Part shown: in pieces, positions 9,106-21,111 of the stretch
Position numbering within the stretch: the stretch's first letter is position 1
Layout of the letters: each line of letters opens with the position of its first letter
Assembly: GCA_029261055.1 (NCBI GenBank)
Contig: JAJDCA010000044.1
Location: 77,867-141,866 of the forward strand
DNA length: 64,000 nt
DNA from: Candidatus Omnitrophota bacterium
GTDB taxonomy: Bacteria; Omnitrophota; Gorgyraeia; Zapsychrales; Zapsychraceae
Direction of reading: 5' to 3'
Position numbers and translations under genes: made by a program
Notes under the pieces: generated by a model
What the model was told of the DNA's origin: nothing
The model's input: only the letters and a program-made list of their open reading frames with translations
The model's database searches: none

Positions 9106-10470
9106 TTGGACATGTTGATTTCGAGTTTTCAAGACCATCCTTACCTTACACTCTCACTTTTAGCTGTTTTAATTAACATTCCCCTCGGGTACATTCGTGA
9201 AAACTGTCCAAGATTTTCGTTCAAATGGTTTTTTTGGATTCATGCGTCTATCCCGTTTATTGTGTATTTACGTATTGCTTTGGGGACAAGTAAGTTGTTT
9301 ATTCCGATGAGTATTTTTTTGGCAATCATTGGGCAGATGATTGGAAGTCGTTGGCGGCATAAGACAATGACTACGCAGGAATGGGACAAACTCAATCAGA
9401 TAGATTTAACCGTAAACGAACCTCGTAGGTTCGGAAATCCGAACCTACGAGGTTCGTTTACGGTTGTGCTTTTGAACATGGGGGGGCCGCGGACTAATGA
9501 AGATGTTCGGGATTTTCAGATTCAGTTGTTTTCTGATGCGCGGCTTATTCGGTTTCCGCTTTCGAAATTATTGCAGCCTTTATTTGCTCGTTTGCTATCA
9601 ACCCTCCGCAATCACAATGCCAAAGCCCGTTATCAACTTATCGGAGGTGGCAGCCCTATATTTAAATCAACGAAACAGCAGGCCCAGGCTTTGGACAAAG
9701 AATTAAAACAGCGAGGCATCAAGAACACCAACGTAACTTTTTCATTTAATTACAGTGAACCCTTGCCTGAAACAACTATTGAAGAGGTCAAGAAATCCGG
9801 AAAAGAATACATCTTACCTTTAAGCCTTTATCCGCATTATTCCGAAGCAACCACTGGTTCTAATATTCATTATTTAAAAAAGGCCGCACAAAAAATTTAT
9901 CCAGAAGTTCAATTTTTGCCTACGCCATCTTATTATTTACATGACGGCTACATTCAGGCTTTTGTGGATCGGATTCATGAACAAATTACACCGGAAGCAG
10001 GGGAGAACTTGGATGATTATTATTTGCTGTTCTCTGCACATAGCTTGCCGCTGTATTTTCTAAAAGAAGGCGATAAATATCCGTTTCAAATCGCGCAAAC
10101 TGTGGGACAAGTCGTTACAAAGCTCGGACGCAAAGATAATTGGAGCATTTCTTACCAGAGCGCTGTCGGGCCTTTGCAATGGGTTAAACCGTACACAGAA
10201 AATATGATCGCGGCCTTAGCAAAAAGAGGGGTCAAAAAACTTTTGATTGTGCCTATTTCATTTGTTACCGACCATATTGAAACATCCTGTGAAATTGACA
10301 TTGAATATCGCCATATGGCGGAAAATTTGGGAATACATGATTTTCGTATGTCCAAAGCCATTGAATGTCATGCCGGATTCATTAAGGCCCTAGCTGATTG
10401 TGTAGAAGACGTTGTCGCGCATGAAAAATCTTCCCAAAGAAAAGTTGAAAAAGAAAAGGTGATTTGCTAA
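9106..10470 (+). CDS. hemH: ferrochelatase with an N-terminal membrane extension of about 110 aa (454 aa total)
   Basis: C-terminal 330 aa carry ferrochelatase signatures (VVLLNMGGP, LSLYPHYSEATTGS, SAHSLP); the N-terminus has 2-3 predicted TM helices; a 27-bp perfect palindrome sits at the domain junction. Confidence 0.8.
   Translation: MDMLISSFQDHPYLTLSLLAVLINIPLGYIRENCPRFSFKWFFWIHASIPFIVYLRIALGTSKLFIPMSIFLAIIGQMIGSRWRHKTMTTQEWDKLNQIDLTVNEPRRFGNPNLRGSFTVVLLNMGGPRTNEDVRDFQIQLFSDARLIRFPLSKLLQPLFARLLSTLRNHNAKARYQLIGGGSPIFKSTKQQAQALDKELKQRGIKNTNVTFSFNYSEPLPETTIEEVKKSGKEYILPLSLYPHYSEATTGSNIHYLKKAAQKIYPEVQFLPTPSYYLHDGYIQAFVDRIHEQITPEAGENLDDYYLLFSAHSLPLYFLKEGDKYPFQIAQTVGQVVTKLGRKDNWSISYQSAVGPLQWVKPYTENMIAALAKRGVKKLLIVPISFVTDHIETSCEIDIEYRHMAENLGIHDFRMSKAIECHAGFIKALADCVEDVVAHEKSSQRKVEKEKVIC
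9408..9465. repeat. perfect 25-27 bp inverted repeat (ccgtaaacgaacctcgtaggttcgg / aaat / ccgaacctacgaggttcgtttacgg) lying in-frame inside hemH
   Basis: Arms 9410-9434 and 9439-9463 verified as exact reverse complements; GC-rich relative to surroundings; encodes ...TVNEPRRFGNPNLRGSFTV... linking the membrane domain to the ferrochelatase domain. Confidence 0.85.
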
Positions 10471-10479
10471 AGTAACACC

Positions 10480-12174
10480 ATGCCAACACTATCCGAACAT
10501 GATGTTTTTATCTTTGTAGCGCAACTGGGCGTTATTCTTATTTCCGCAAAAATTTTCGGTGAAATTGCCCGAAAATTAGAACAACCCATTATTGTCGGCG
10601 AAGTGATTGCAGGAATCCTGCTTGGGCCGATGTTATTCGGAAAATTTCTTCCAACCTATTACAATTTCTTATTTCCAAATACCGGGGCGCATCAATATCT
10701 TTTACAAGGCATCTCCTGGTTATGTGTTTTATTTTTACTCATGATTACCGGTTTGGAGATTGACTTCAGAGCCTCGATTAAAGAAGGGAAGCAGTGCTTT
10801 TTGATTTCAATCTTTGGACTTGTAATATCCTTAGGTGGCGTATTTCTTGTCACGCCGCTTTTGCCGGATTATTTCTATCCTGATGGGGTCAATCGATTCC
10901 ATGTCAATATGCTCATCAGCATTGCTTTGTCTGTGGTGGCTATCCCAGTCATTGCTAAAATTCTTTTTGATCTCAAAATTTTACGTTCTGAAGTTGGTGT
11001 CAAAATTTTGACGTCAGGAGTTTTAAGTGATATATGGGGATGGACCATCCTTGCGATTGCTATTTCTCTCATAGCCAGCGGCACCATTACAGCCGCCGTC
11101 ATTTTAAAACCGCTGATTACCATGATTCTTTATTTAACGGTTACGTTGACGATTGGCCGTGTCATTATTGATAAAATGCTAGATCTTTTTGGGTACAAAG
11201 AATTAGACACCACGCTGGCCATATCCTTGTTATTTTCACTTATGTTATTAAACGGCGCCGTGGCACATCTTTTAGGAATACATGTTATTTTTGGCGCTTT
11301 TATTGCCGGGGTCATGGCCGGTGAATCCACTAAAATTTCAGAATACATTCGACAATGGACGCAGGAATTTATTTTTGCCGTGTTTGCGCCCATATTTTTT
11401 GTGCTTATCGGTATGCAACTTCAATTTACAAAAGGGGAGATCTGGCTGCCGATCCTTATTTTATTTATTGCATCTTCAATCTGTAAAATTGCCGGCATGT
11501 TTTTCGGAGGTGTCTTGGGAAAAATGGGCCGAAAAAATGCCTTTGCGGTTGCCTGTGGGTTAAATACCCAGGGGACAATGGGTATTATCGTTGCGCTTAT
11601 TGCCTATGACATGGGAATATTTAATGATCATTTATTTTCGACTATTGTTGTTATTTGTATTTTAACCTCCCTTTTTGTCGGTCCCCTTTTGAAATGGGCC
11701 ATCGCAAGAGTGAAAAGGCCTTTGGCTAAATTTTTTGATCAAGAGCATGTTTTCTTAAATGTAGAAGGCGATTCAAAAAAGAAAGTTATCGAAAATATCG
11801 CAAAATTAATGGCTGAACGAAAAATTATTGATAATGAAGAATACATCCAGAAAATGATTTGGGAACGGGAACGTGTCATGAGTACGGCGATTGGGGATGG
11901 CATTGCCGTTCCACATGCCCGTATTAAAAATTTAAAAGAACCTATTCTATGTTTTTTTCGGCTCAAAGATCCCGTAGACTTTGCCAGCCCGGATAATCTT
12001 CCGGTGCAGTTATTGTTTTTAGAATTAACCGATCGCAATGATGATGGTATGCAATTAAATCTTATTGCTCAAATTGCCCGATTTATTTCAGCGGCAGACA
12101 ATCGTCAGCGCCTGCTCGATTGTGAAAAAGAAGAAGACATCCATCACATCCTAAGTTTTGATGAAAAAGTCTGA
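10480..12174 (+). CDS. monovalent cation:proton antiporter (CPA-type, about 12 TM) fused to a C-terminal PTS EIIA(Ntr/fructose)-type regulatory domain
   Basis: N-terminal 400 aa polytopic Na+/H+ exchanger-like; C-terminal 150 aa has the EIIA-2 signature DGIAVPHARI with a conserved His. Confidence 0.8.
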   Translation: MPTLSEHDVFIFVAQLGVILISAKIFGEIARKLEQPIIVGEVIAGILLGPMLFGKFLPTYYNFLFPNTGAHQYLLQGISWLCVLFLLMITGLEIDFRASIKEGKQCFLISIFGLVISLGGVFLVTPLLPDYFYPDGVNRFHVNMLISIALSVVAIPVIAKILFDLKILRSEVGVKILTSGVLSDIWGWTILAIAISLIASGTITAAVILKPLITMILYLTVTLTIGRVIIDKMLDLFGYKELDTTLAISLLFSLMLLNGAVAHLLGIHVIFGAFIAGVMAGESTKISEYIRQWTQEFIFAVFAPIFFVLIGMQLQFTKGEIWLPILILFIASSICKIAGMFFGGVLGKMGRKNAFAVACGLNTQGTMGIIVALIAYDMGIFNDHLFSTIVVICILTSLFVGPLLKWAIARVKRPLAKFFDQEHVFLNVEGDSKKKVIENIAKLMAERKIIDNEEYIQKMIWERERVMSTAIGDGIAVPHARIKNLKEPILCFFRLKDPVDFASPDNLPVQLLFLELTDRNDDGMQLNLIAQIARFISAADNRQRLLDCEKEEDIHHILSFDEKV

Positions 12175-12361
12175 TCCTCAACCAACAATACCGGCCATCT
12201 CATTAGGCCTGAACATGGCAGGAGGGATGACTTTCTTTACACTCCTTGGATACTGGATGGGAAAAAAGTTTAATCACGAATATTGGCTTTTAGGTGGCAT
12301 ATTTTTAGGCCTCTTTTATTGCGGTTACGAAGTATGGAAATTAATTAGAAATAATGGATAA
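12158..12361 (+). CDS. small membrane protein preceding atpB (AtpZ/AtpI-like)
   Basis: 67 aa, two hydrophobic helices, positional analogy with atpI/atpZ at the head of the operon. Confidence 0.45.
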   Translation: MMKKSDPQPTIPAISLGLNMAGGMTFFTLLGYWMGKKFNHEYWLLGGIFLGLFYCGYEVWKLIRNNG

Positions 12362-13118
12362 TTCTTTTAACCTCGATCAATACATCAAACATCACGTCCT
12401 GGACAGCCAGGAATGGAAGCTCCCATTTTTGCCAACCATTCATCTCCCTGAATTTTTGAGTCTGCACGGTCTGATGCTCATGCTGTGCAGCTTTTTTTTA
12501 ATTATTATTTTTTGTGTGTTGTACGACAAGAAAAAACGCGTCCCCACAGGATTAACCAATGTCCTTGAAATATTCGTGCTCTTTATTCGTAACGAAATTT
12601 CCATCGCCAACCTTGGAGATAAAGATGGCCGAAAAATGGCGCCATTATTTTGTACATTTTTCTTTTTTATTCTAGGGCTTAATCTTATGGGAATGATCCC
12701 ATTATTTTCCACAGCCACGGCTAATATCAATGTCACCGGAGGACTTGCCTTAATCACGCTGAGTGTCATGATTTTTGGTGCTATTTTAAAGAATGGGCCC
12801 CATGGATTTTTTAAAGCATTAAAACCCTCTGGCGTTCCTGTCCCAGCATTGTTAATTATTGTCCCGGTTGAATTTCTTGGATTATTTATTAAAGCTATTG
12901 CGTTGACAATACGACTTTATGCCAATATGCTGTCAGGGCACATTGTCATTATTGCCATGTTAGGTACTGTTATCCTTATCGGAGCTGGTGCTTTACCAGC
13001 CGTTGGCCTTGCTGTATTTATCAGCTTATTAGAAATTTTAGTCGCTTTTTTACAAGCCTACATTTTTACATTATTGTCAGCCATGTTTATTGGGCAAATT
13101 CATCATCCAGATCATTAA
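12354..13118 (+). CDS. atpB: F0 ATP synthase subunit a
   Basis: IALTIRLYANMLSGH motif with the essential Arg; 5-6 TM. Confidence 0.9.
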   Translation: MDNSFNLDQYIKHHVLDSQEWKLPFLPTIHLPEFLSLHGLMLMLCSFFLIIIFCVLYDKKKRVPTGLTNVLEIFVLFIRNEISIANLGDKDGRKMAPLFCTFFFFILGLNLMGMIPLFSTATANINVTGGLALITLSVMIFGAILKNGPHGFFKALKPSGVPVPALLIIVPVEFLGLFIKAIALTIRLYANMLSGHIVIIAMLGTVILIGAGALPAVGLAVFISLLEILVAFLQAYIFTLLSAMFIGQIHHPDH

Positions 13119-13200
13119 AAATCTATGCCTTCTACTTTACACAAGAGAAATAAATAAGTATAATTTACAACCATTGTCAACATACTTTTAAAAGAAAGGA

Positions 13201-13437
13201 ATGAAACTCATGAGTGAATTATTACCCGGATCATTAGCAACTATCGGTGCAGGTATTGTAACCGTTGGAGCCTCATATGGCATTGGAAAATTAGCTACTG
13301 CAGCCATGGATGGTATGGCGCGCCAACCCGAGGCAAGCCCAAAAATTCAAACCAGTATGATCATTGCCGCAGCGCTTATTGAAGGTGTAGCTTTATTGTG
13401 TGGTGTTGTTTGCCTTCTAGCCGTATTAAATTCGTAA
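13201..13437 (+). CDS. atpE: F0 ATP synthase subunit c
   Basis: Hairpin proteolipid with AIGAGIVTVG and MDGMARQPE...IEGVAL motifs; the true start may be the ATG at 13210. Confidence 0.9.
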   Translation: MKLMSELLPGSLATIGAGIVTVGASYGIGKLATAAMDGMARQPEASPKIQTSMIIAAALIEGVALLCGVVCLLAVLNS

Positions 13438-13439
13438 TT

Positions 13440-13982
13440 ATGAAAAATAACAACGATTCCATTCATACTTCGGAAGAACAGCCGTCGACGCATCATGAAA
13501 AACCTTTTATAAGCCCTGATGTGGGCATGATGCTGCTAACATGGGTTACGTTTTTTCTCCTTTTTGCTGTTTTACAAAAGTTTGCATGGAAACCGATTTT
13601 AGCCTTATTAGACTCGCGAGAAAAAGATCTTCGTCAGTCTTTGGAGAATGCCGATAAGGTCCAAAAAGAATTGTCGGAGCTTGATGAAACGCGTAAAGAA
13701 ATCATTGCCAAGGCAGAGTCTAAAGGGCAAACGCTTCTTGATCAATCGCGTAAGGCCGCTGTAGAAGCCGCCAAAATCATTGAACGTAAAGCACGTGAAG
13801 AGAGTCAAATTATGTTGGAAAATACTTTGCGAGAAATTAAAGACGAAAAAGAAAAAGCGCAATCTAGTCTACGAACCGAAAGCGCCCAAATTGCTATTGC
13901 ATTAGCCGGGAAGTTAATCGAGAAAAATTTAGACGACAAAAAGAATCGTGACTTGGTTGACCAATTTATTCAGGAAATTTAG
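13440..13982 (+). CDS. atpF: F0 ATP synthase subunit b
   Basis: Single N-terminal TM then a long charged coiled coil; operon position; the track ORF begins at 13398 inside atpE, the ATG at 13440 is preferred. Confidence 0.8.
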   Translation: MKNNNDSIHTSEEQPSTHHEKPFISPDVGMMLLTWVTFFLLFAVLQKFAWKPILALLDSREKDLRQSLENADKVQKELSELDETRKEIIAKAESKGQTLLDQSRKAAVEAAKIIERKAREESQIMLENTLREIKDEKEKAQSSLRTESAQIAIALAGKLIEKNLDDKKNRDLVDQFIQEI

Positions 13983-13983
13983 A

Positions 13984-14060
13984 TTAGGCCGCCCTCGGCG
14001 GCAACTTATGTGTCGCACGTCTCTCGTAAAAAAAACGAGTCACGCGCAACGAGTCACATT
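13984..14060. repeat. GC-rich intergenic element between atpF and atpH: hairpin gccgcc-ctc-ggcggc (13988-14002) plus a tandem direct repeat aacgagtcac x2 (14034-14043, 14048-14057)
   Basis: Seen in sequence; the cgagtcac motif recurs as gtgactcg inside the palindromic element within P4. Confidence 0.5.
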
Positions 14061-14081
14061 AAAATCCTTTGACACAAAACT

Positions 14082-14618
14082 ATGATCAATACAACCTCAC
14101 GAAGATATGCCCAGGCATTCTTTGATAGATGTCAGGACCGTAACGAACTGGAACTGGTTCATGAAGACATACTCAAAATTGCTACGTTCATTAAAAGCTC
14201 CAATGAATTGCAAAATTTTCTCAGCAATGAAGGTATCCCTTCGAAAACACGCCAAGAAATACTCAAAAATGTGTTTCGTGAAAAATTAAAACCTTTGAGC
14301 TTTGTATTTTTATTATTTTTGGAAAAGAAGGGACGACTCAATTTGATTTCCCATATTTGTATTATTTTTCAAGAGTTGTACCTGCATGCAAAAAATATTC
14401 TGCATGTCAAAATTACAAGCAGCATCGAACTCAAAAATACACAAATAACCAAAATCATGGCTCAGTTAAAACACAAATTTAAAAAAGATATTAAACCAGA
14501 ACCTTGCGTTGATCCGAAAATATTGGGCGGTATTAAAATCAAGGTCGGTGATACCATTTACGATTACAGCTTTCAAGGAGAACTCGAACGATTTCGAGAA
14601 AAACTAGTACATTCTTAA
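14082..14618 (+). CDS. atpH: F1 ATP synthase subunit delta (OSCP)
   Basis: 178 aa, operon position between b and alpha, OSCP-like length and charge. Confidence 0.8.
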   Translation: MINTTSRRYAQAFFDRCQDRNELELVHEDILKIATFIKSSNELQNFLSNEGIPSKTRQEILKNVFREKLKPLSFVFLLFLEKKGRLNLISHICIIFQELYLHAKNILHVKITSSIELKNTQITKIMAQLKHKFKKDIKPEPCVDPKILGGIKIKVGDTIYDYSFQGELERFREKLVHS

Positions 14619-14630
14619 AAGGACAATCCT

Positions 14631-16142
14631 ATGGCCGAGACGATCAAACCAGATGAAATATCTACAATTTTAAAACAACAATTAGCGGATTTTGAAAAAC
14701 GATCCGAGGTGTATGAAACCGGCACTGTTTTAAATGCCGGGGATGGGATCGCCCGTGTCCACGGATTAGTCAATGTCATGGCGGGTGAACTCGTTGAGTT
14801 TTCCGATGGCATTATGGGCATGGCTCTGAATTTGGAAGCAGAGAATGTTGGGGTGGCCGTGTTTGGCGATATTGCAAAGATTAAAGAAGGGGATGAAGTT
14901 AAGCGGACTAAACGGATCGTTTCGGTCCCTGTCGGTGAGAAGCTGATTAGCCGCATTGTCGATGCCCTTGGGGTTGCCATTGACGGTAATGCCCCCATTG
15001 ATACCGAAGAACATCGTGAAATCGAAGTCAAAGCCCCTGGCATTATTGAACGTCAAAATGTTCATGAACCTTTACAAACAGGGATTAAAGTCATTGATGC
15101 TTTAACACCGATCGGACGCGGACAACGCGAGTTAATTATTGGAGATCGTAAAACAGGAAAAACGGCTTTAGCCATTGATACGATTATTAATCAAAGAGGC
15201 AAAGATGTCTTTTGTTTTTACGTGGCTATTGGTCAAAAACGCTCAACAGTGGCGCAAGTCCATGAAACCTTAAAAAAATACGGTGCCATGGAATACACCA
15301 CGATTATTGCCGCAACCGCTTCAGACCCGGCCCCAATGCAATTTTTAGCCCCGTATGCTGGATGCGCCATGGCGGAATATTACCGTGACAGTGGCCGCCA
15401 TGCCTTAATTATTTTTGATGACCTTACGAAACAAGCCCAAGCGTATCGCCAATTATCTCTGCTATTACGCCGTCCTCCAGGCCGTGAGGCTTTTCCTGGA
15501 GATATTTTTTATTTGCATAGCCGGCTTTTGGAACGGGCTGCCAAAATGAATGATAAACTGGGGGGAGGAAGTTTGACGGCCTTGCCTATTATTGAAACAC
15601 AAGCCGGAGATGTTTCTGCCTACATTCCAACAAATGTTATTTCCATTACAGATGGCCAAATATTTTTAGAATCTGATTTGTTTAATTCCGGACAACGTCC
15701 TGCGATTAATCCCGGCCTTTCGGTTTCCCGCGTAGGGGGTGATGCACAAATAAAAGCCATGAAACAAACATCCGGGACCTTACGTTTGGATTTAGCTCAG
15801 TACCGTGAGCTCGAGGCCTTTTCGCAATTTGCCTCTGATCTTGATGAAGCCACACGAAAACAATTGGAACGGGGTAAACGTCTGATGCAAGTGATCAAAC
15901 AAGGTGTACACGAACCGCTTCCCGTCGAAAAACAAATTGCCATTATTTATGCCGGTATCCATGGTTATTTAGATGATGTTGATGTCGCACGCATTGGCGC
16001 ATTTGAAGAAAAATTATTTGAAGCTTTAGATTCACTGTATGTTGATTTTGTTAAACTTCTAAACAAAGAAAAATCCTTCACAGATGATGTAAAAACGGCA
16101 TTGAATAAATTGTTAACCGAATTTAAAGGAAAGTTTTCCTAA
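14631..16142 (+). CDS. atpA: F1 ATP synthase subunit alpha
   Basis: Walker A GDRKTGKT, typical alpha-subunit sequence throughout. Confidence 0.95.
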   Translation: MAETIKPDEISTILKQQLADFEKRSEVYETGTVLNAGDGIARVHGLVNVMAGELVEFSDGIMGMALNLEAENVGVAVFGDIAKIKEGDEVKRTKRIVSVPVGEKLISRIVDALGVAIDGNAPIDTEEHREIEVKAPGIIERQNVHEPLQTGIKVIDALTPIGRGQRELIIGDRKTGKTALAIDTIINQRGKDVFCFYVAIGQKRSTVAQVHETLKKYGAMEYTTIIAATASDPAPMQFLAPYAGCAMAEYYRDSGRHALIIFDDLTKQAQAYRQLSLLLRRPPGREAFPGDIFYLHSRLLERAAKMNDKLGGGSLTALPIIETQAGDVSAYIPTNVISITDGQIFLESDLFNSGQRPAINPGLSVSRVGGDAQIKAMKQTSGTLRLDLAQYRELEAFSQFASDLDEATRKQLERGKRLMQVIKQGVHEPLPVEKQIAIIYAGIHGYLDDVDVARIGAFEEKLFEALDSLYVDFVKLLNKEKSFTDDVKTALNKLLTEFKGKFS

Positions 16143-16144
16143 TT

Positions 16145-17014
16145 ATGCCCTCGATTAAAGAGCACGACACAAAAATTAAAAGTCTTAAAAATACGCAAAA
16201 AATTACAAAGACTATGAAGATGGTAGCTGCGAGTAAACTACGCAGAGCGCATGAAGCCCAGACCAATGCCAAATTGTATGCGAACAATCTTACCGCACTG
16301 ATTTCCCGCATATCGGCTTCCGTCCAGGCGGATATGCATCCTTTATTGGTCGCCAGGGAGCAGGTGAAGCGTGTTTTAGTTCTCGTGGTTACCTCAGACA
16401 AAGGCCTGTGTGGGGCGTTTAATCACAATGCTAACAAACATGTCGAGGCCTGGGTCGAAAAGCAAGGTCACCGTTTTGAACAAATTGATTTGAGTTTTTG
16501 TGGTAAAAAAGGATGGACCTATTTTAAAAATCGACATAATGTGAATAAATATTATGAAGGGGTGACTGAGAATCCAAAATTTCTGGATGCCAAAACAATA
16601 GGAACTGATTTAACTCAGGCTTTTCTTAACGGGGAATATGATGAGGTGTACATTGACTACAATCAATTCTTTAGCCCGCTTTCTCAAGAAACAATTTTTG
16701 AAAAAATTTTACCGCTCGATCCTCAAAGATTGATCAAAGAAAAAGTAGAAAAACCAACCGAATACATTTTTGAACCGGAAGCTGCGAAACTTTTGGAATT
16801 CCTTATTCCACATTTTCTCTATTTTAAAATTTATTTTGCACTATTAGAAAATGCCGCTGGAGAACATGGGGCACGCATGACGGCCATGGATAATGCCACC
16901 CGTAATGCTTCAGATCTTATCAACCGAACCACATTATTACGTAACCGCGCCCGACAGGCCTCTATTACAACTGAACTGACGGAAATTGTGGCAGGAGCAG
17001 AGGCCTTAACATGA
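16145..17014 (+). CDS. atpG: F1 ATP synthase subunit gamma
   Basis: 289 aa, conserved C-terminal helix ...ITTELTEIVAGAEAL. Confidence 0.9.
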   Translation: MPSIKEHDTKIKSLKNTQKITKTMKMVAASKLRRAHEAQTNAKLYANNLTALISRISASVQADMHPLLVAREQVKRVLVLVVTSDKGLCGAFNHNANKHVEAWVEKQGHRFEQIDLSFCGKKGWTYFKNRHNVNKYYEGVTENPKFLDAKTIGTDLTQAFLNGEYDEVYIDYNQFFSPLSQETIFEKILPLDPQRLIKEKVEKPTEYIFEPEAAKLLEFLIPHFLYFKIYFALLENAAGEHGARMTAMDNATRNASDLINRTTLLRNRARQASITTELTEIVAGAEALT

Positions 17015-17324
17015 GCGAACAAGATCGCCTAATTGCCCAAGAGTTAAAAATAAAAATATCACAATTTGTAAAATTTGTAGATTTTAGAGTTTTTGGTTCC
17101 CGTGCAAAGGGAAACAATGTCCCGGAATCCGATATGGATGTATTTATGGAAGTGGAATCTCTAAACAAAGAAATAAAAAATAAAATTTATGATGCCTCTT
17201 GGGAAGTAGGTTTTGAAAACTTTATGGTTATTTCACCTCTAATTTTTACTTTCGACGAAGTGACAAATTCTCCTTTGCGAGCGTCCCCGATCTTAAAAAA
17301 TATTCTTTCAGAGGGAATTCAAAT

Positions 17325-17328
<4 letters not shown>
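17011..17328 (+). CDS. nucleotidyltransferase (MNT-type antitoxin)
   Basis: FGSRAKGN...ESDMDVF = GS-x(n)-DxD minimal nucleotidyltransferase motif; ATGA overlap with the atpG stop. Confidence 0.75.
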
Positions 17329-19130
<1,802 letters not shown>

Positions 19131-19131
<1 letters not shown>

Positions 19132-19391
19132 TGGGTACGTACACACTGACCATCATAACGCCCAACGGCAAAATATTTGAGGACCCTATTGAATCGCTCA
19201 TGGCACCGGGCACGGAAGGTTCTTTTGGCATTTTCGCTAATCATGCACCGCTGATAGCCTCTGTTAAAGATGGCCTGTTAACCGTCAAACACGAAGGCTC
19301 CCGTGAACAATTCACCATTGGCCCCGGCACATTGGAAGTTGATGATCAACACAATGTCCTTCTCCTATGTGATAGAGCTACACCATCATGA
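19131..19391 (+). CDS. atpC: F1 ATP synthase subunit epsilon
   Basis: 86 aa beta-sandwich-sized protein, operon position; overlaps the atpD stop. Confidence 0.85.
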
Positions 19392-21097
19392 AATTTCTTA
19401 AACCCATCCTCATAGGTTTGCTTGTTGTTATTATCCTTTTGTTTGTTGGCGTCGCTATCTTCATTAAAACACTTGATGTCGATAAAATAAAAAATGACAT
19501 AGCCAAAAAAATCAGTGATAGCATAGGGCGTGAAGTTGCCATAGAAAAACTTTCTTTTCATTTTGATGCCCCACGAAATCTTACGCTTAAAATACGCAAT
19601 CTATCCATTTACGAAAGTGCTGAATTAAAATCTGCTCCGCTTGCCGTCATTGAATCTATTGATAGCACCTTGGATTTAGGTACTTTTATGAAAAAGCGTC
19701 AAATCCTTATTTCCAACATTGACATAAAATCTCCACGGATTGATGTGGTTAAAAATGGTGTTGTGCCGTTTACCGGCAAAGAAATTTCGGACATAAAAGA
19801 TTTATCCGCCACTCAGCTAAGATTACAAATCCCTAATTTCTCATTAAATCAATCTGTCCCATTTAAGCTAGATTTTGCCCTTCTAAGCGAAAAACAAAAC
19901 ATTCATTTAAAAGGAGTTGTAACAACTTTTGAAGAAAAAGAAACCGTACGCCTCGATGAATTCCACATAACAACCAATTTATCTGAATTAAGTTTAAATG
20001 ATCTTAAAAATTCAATGCCCTCATTAAATGACATCCCATTAACAGAGTCGCTCCAGGGACATTTTGAAATAATCATTGAACAAATGGTGGTCGGCCATGA
20101 AGGAATTCTGCTTTTGTCCGCCCATGGTAACTTAAGGGAGGGGCGCGTGGCTATTGATTATTTAACGAACCCCCTTGAACAAGTGCAAATGCATTTCACG
20201 ATTTCAGAATCAGATATTAATATTAACACCTTTGACCTTTCTCTTGGACAAGGGACAATGTCCGGTAAAGCGCGTATTCAGGATTATTCTGGGGAACAAA
20301 AAATTTCAGTCAATATGGACATTAAGGAAATTCCGGCTGAGATGATTAAAATACCAGACGTCGACATGACTATTTACGGAAAAATATCCGGACAAATGTC
20401 AGGGCAAGGAAAAGGACTGTCTGAATCAATGTTGACAGAAACATTTAAGGGGGACGGCATTATTTCTATGCAAGATGGTCGCATAGCCGATGTGAATATT
20501 TTAAAAACAGTTCTCAGTAAAATTACGTTTGTCCCTGGGCTCGCTGAAAAAGTCGAAAACAATTTGCCGGAAAAATACAAACAAAAATTAAAAAATAACG
20601 ACACTATTCTCGAAGAGGTCCAATTAAAAATTGAAATACAAAATGGCCTGATGACTTACCAGCCGTTAACGATCAATGCTGACGGTTTTATTCTTACATC
20701 AAACGGCTCGGTAGACAAAGAATCTAATTTGAAATTCAATGGCCATATGGTGATCCCCGAAGATTTATCTTCCAGCATGATTGAAACTGTTGAAGAATTA
20801 TTGCCTCTTTCTGATTCAAATAATCAAATACGGATTCCGTTTCGTTCTTACCAGGGGAAAATAAAAGATTTTGTTCCTTATCCGGATATTGAAGATGTCG
20901 CCAAAGAAGCCCTTAAAAATAGAGGGAAGGATGAACTTAAAGACTTAATTTTCAAAGCACTTGATATTGAAGAAGAAAAAATTGAAACACAAAATGGTGA
21001 GGATCCCTCGGCGGATTCTCAAGAACAACAAGAGGAACGTCCCGAGCAAATCCTCATCGAGAATGTTCTGGATTCCCTATTTAAAAAACTAGACTAA
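19388..21097 (+). CDS. AsmA-family membrane-anchored protein
   Basis: N-terminal TM anchor followed by the characteristic AsmA N-region (DVDKIKNDIAKKISDSIGREVAIEKLSF); acidic C-terminus. Confidence 0.55.
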   Translation: MKFLKPILIGLLVVIILLFVGVAIFIKTLDVDKIKNDIAKKISDSIGREVAIEKLSFHFDAPRNLTLKIRNLSIYESAELKSAPLAVIESIDSTLDLGTFMKKRQILISNIDIKSPRIDVVKNGVVPFTGKEISDIKDLSATQLRLQIPNFSLNQSVPFKLDFALLSEKQNIHLKGVVTTFEEKETVRLDEFHITTNLSELSLNDLKNSMPSLNDIPLTESLQGHFEIIIEQMVVGHEGILLLSAHGNLREGRVAIDYLTNPLEQVQMHFTISESDININTFDLSLGQGTMSGKARIQDYSGEQKISVNMDIKEIPAEMIKIPDVDMTIYGKISGQMSGQGKGLSESMLTETFKGDGIISMQDGRIADVNILKTVLSKITFVPGLAEKVENNLPEKYKQKLKNNDTILEEVQLKIEIQNGLMTYQPLTINADGFILTSNGSVDKESNLKFNGHMVIPEDLSSSMIETVEELLPLSDSNNQIRIPFRSYQGKIKDFVPYPDIEDVAKEALKNRGKDELKDLIFKALDIEEEKIETQNGEDPSADSQEQQEERPEQILIENVLDSLFKKLD

Positions 21098-21111
21098 GAG
21101 AGCCATTCCTA

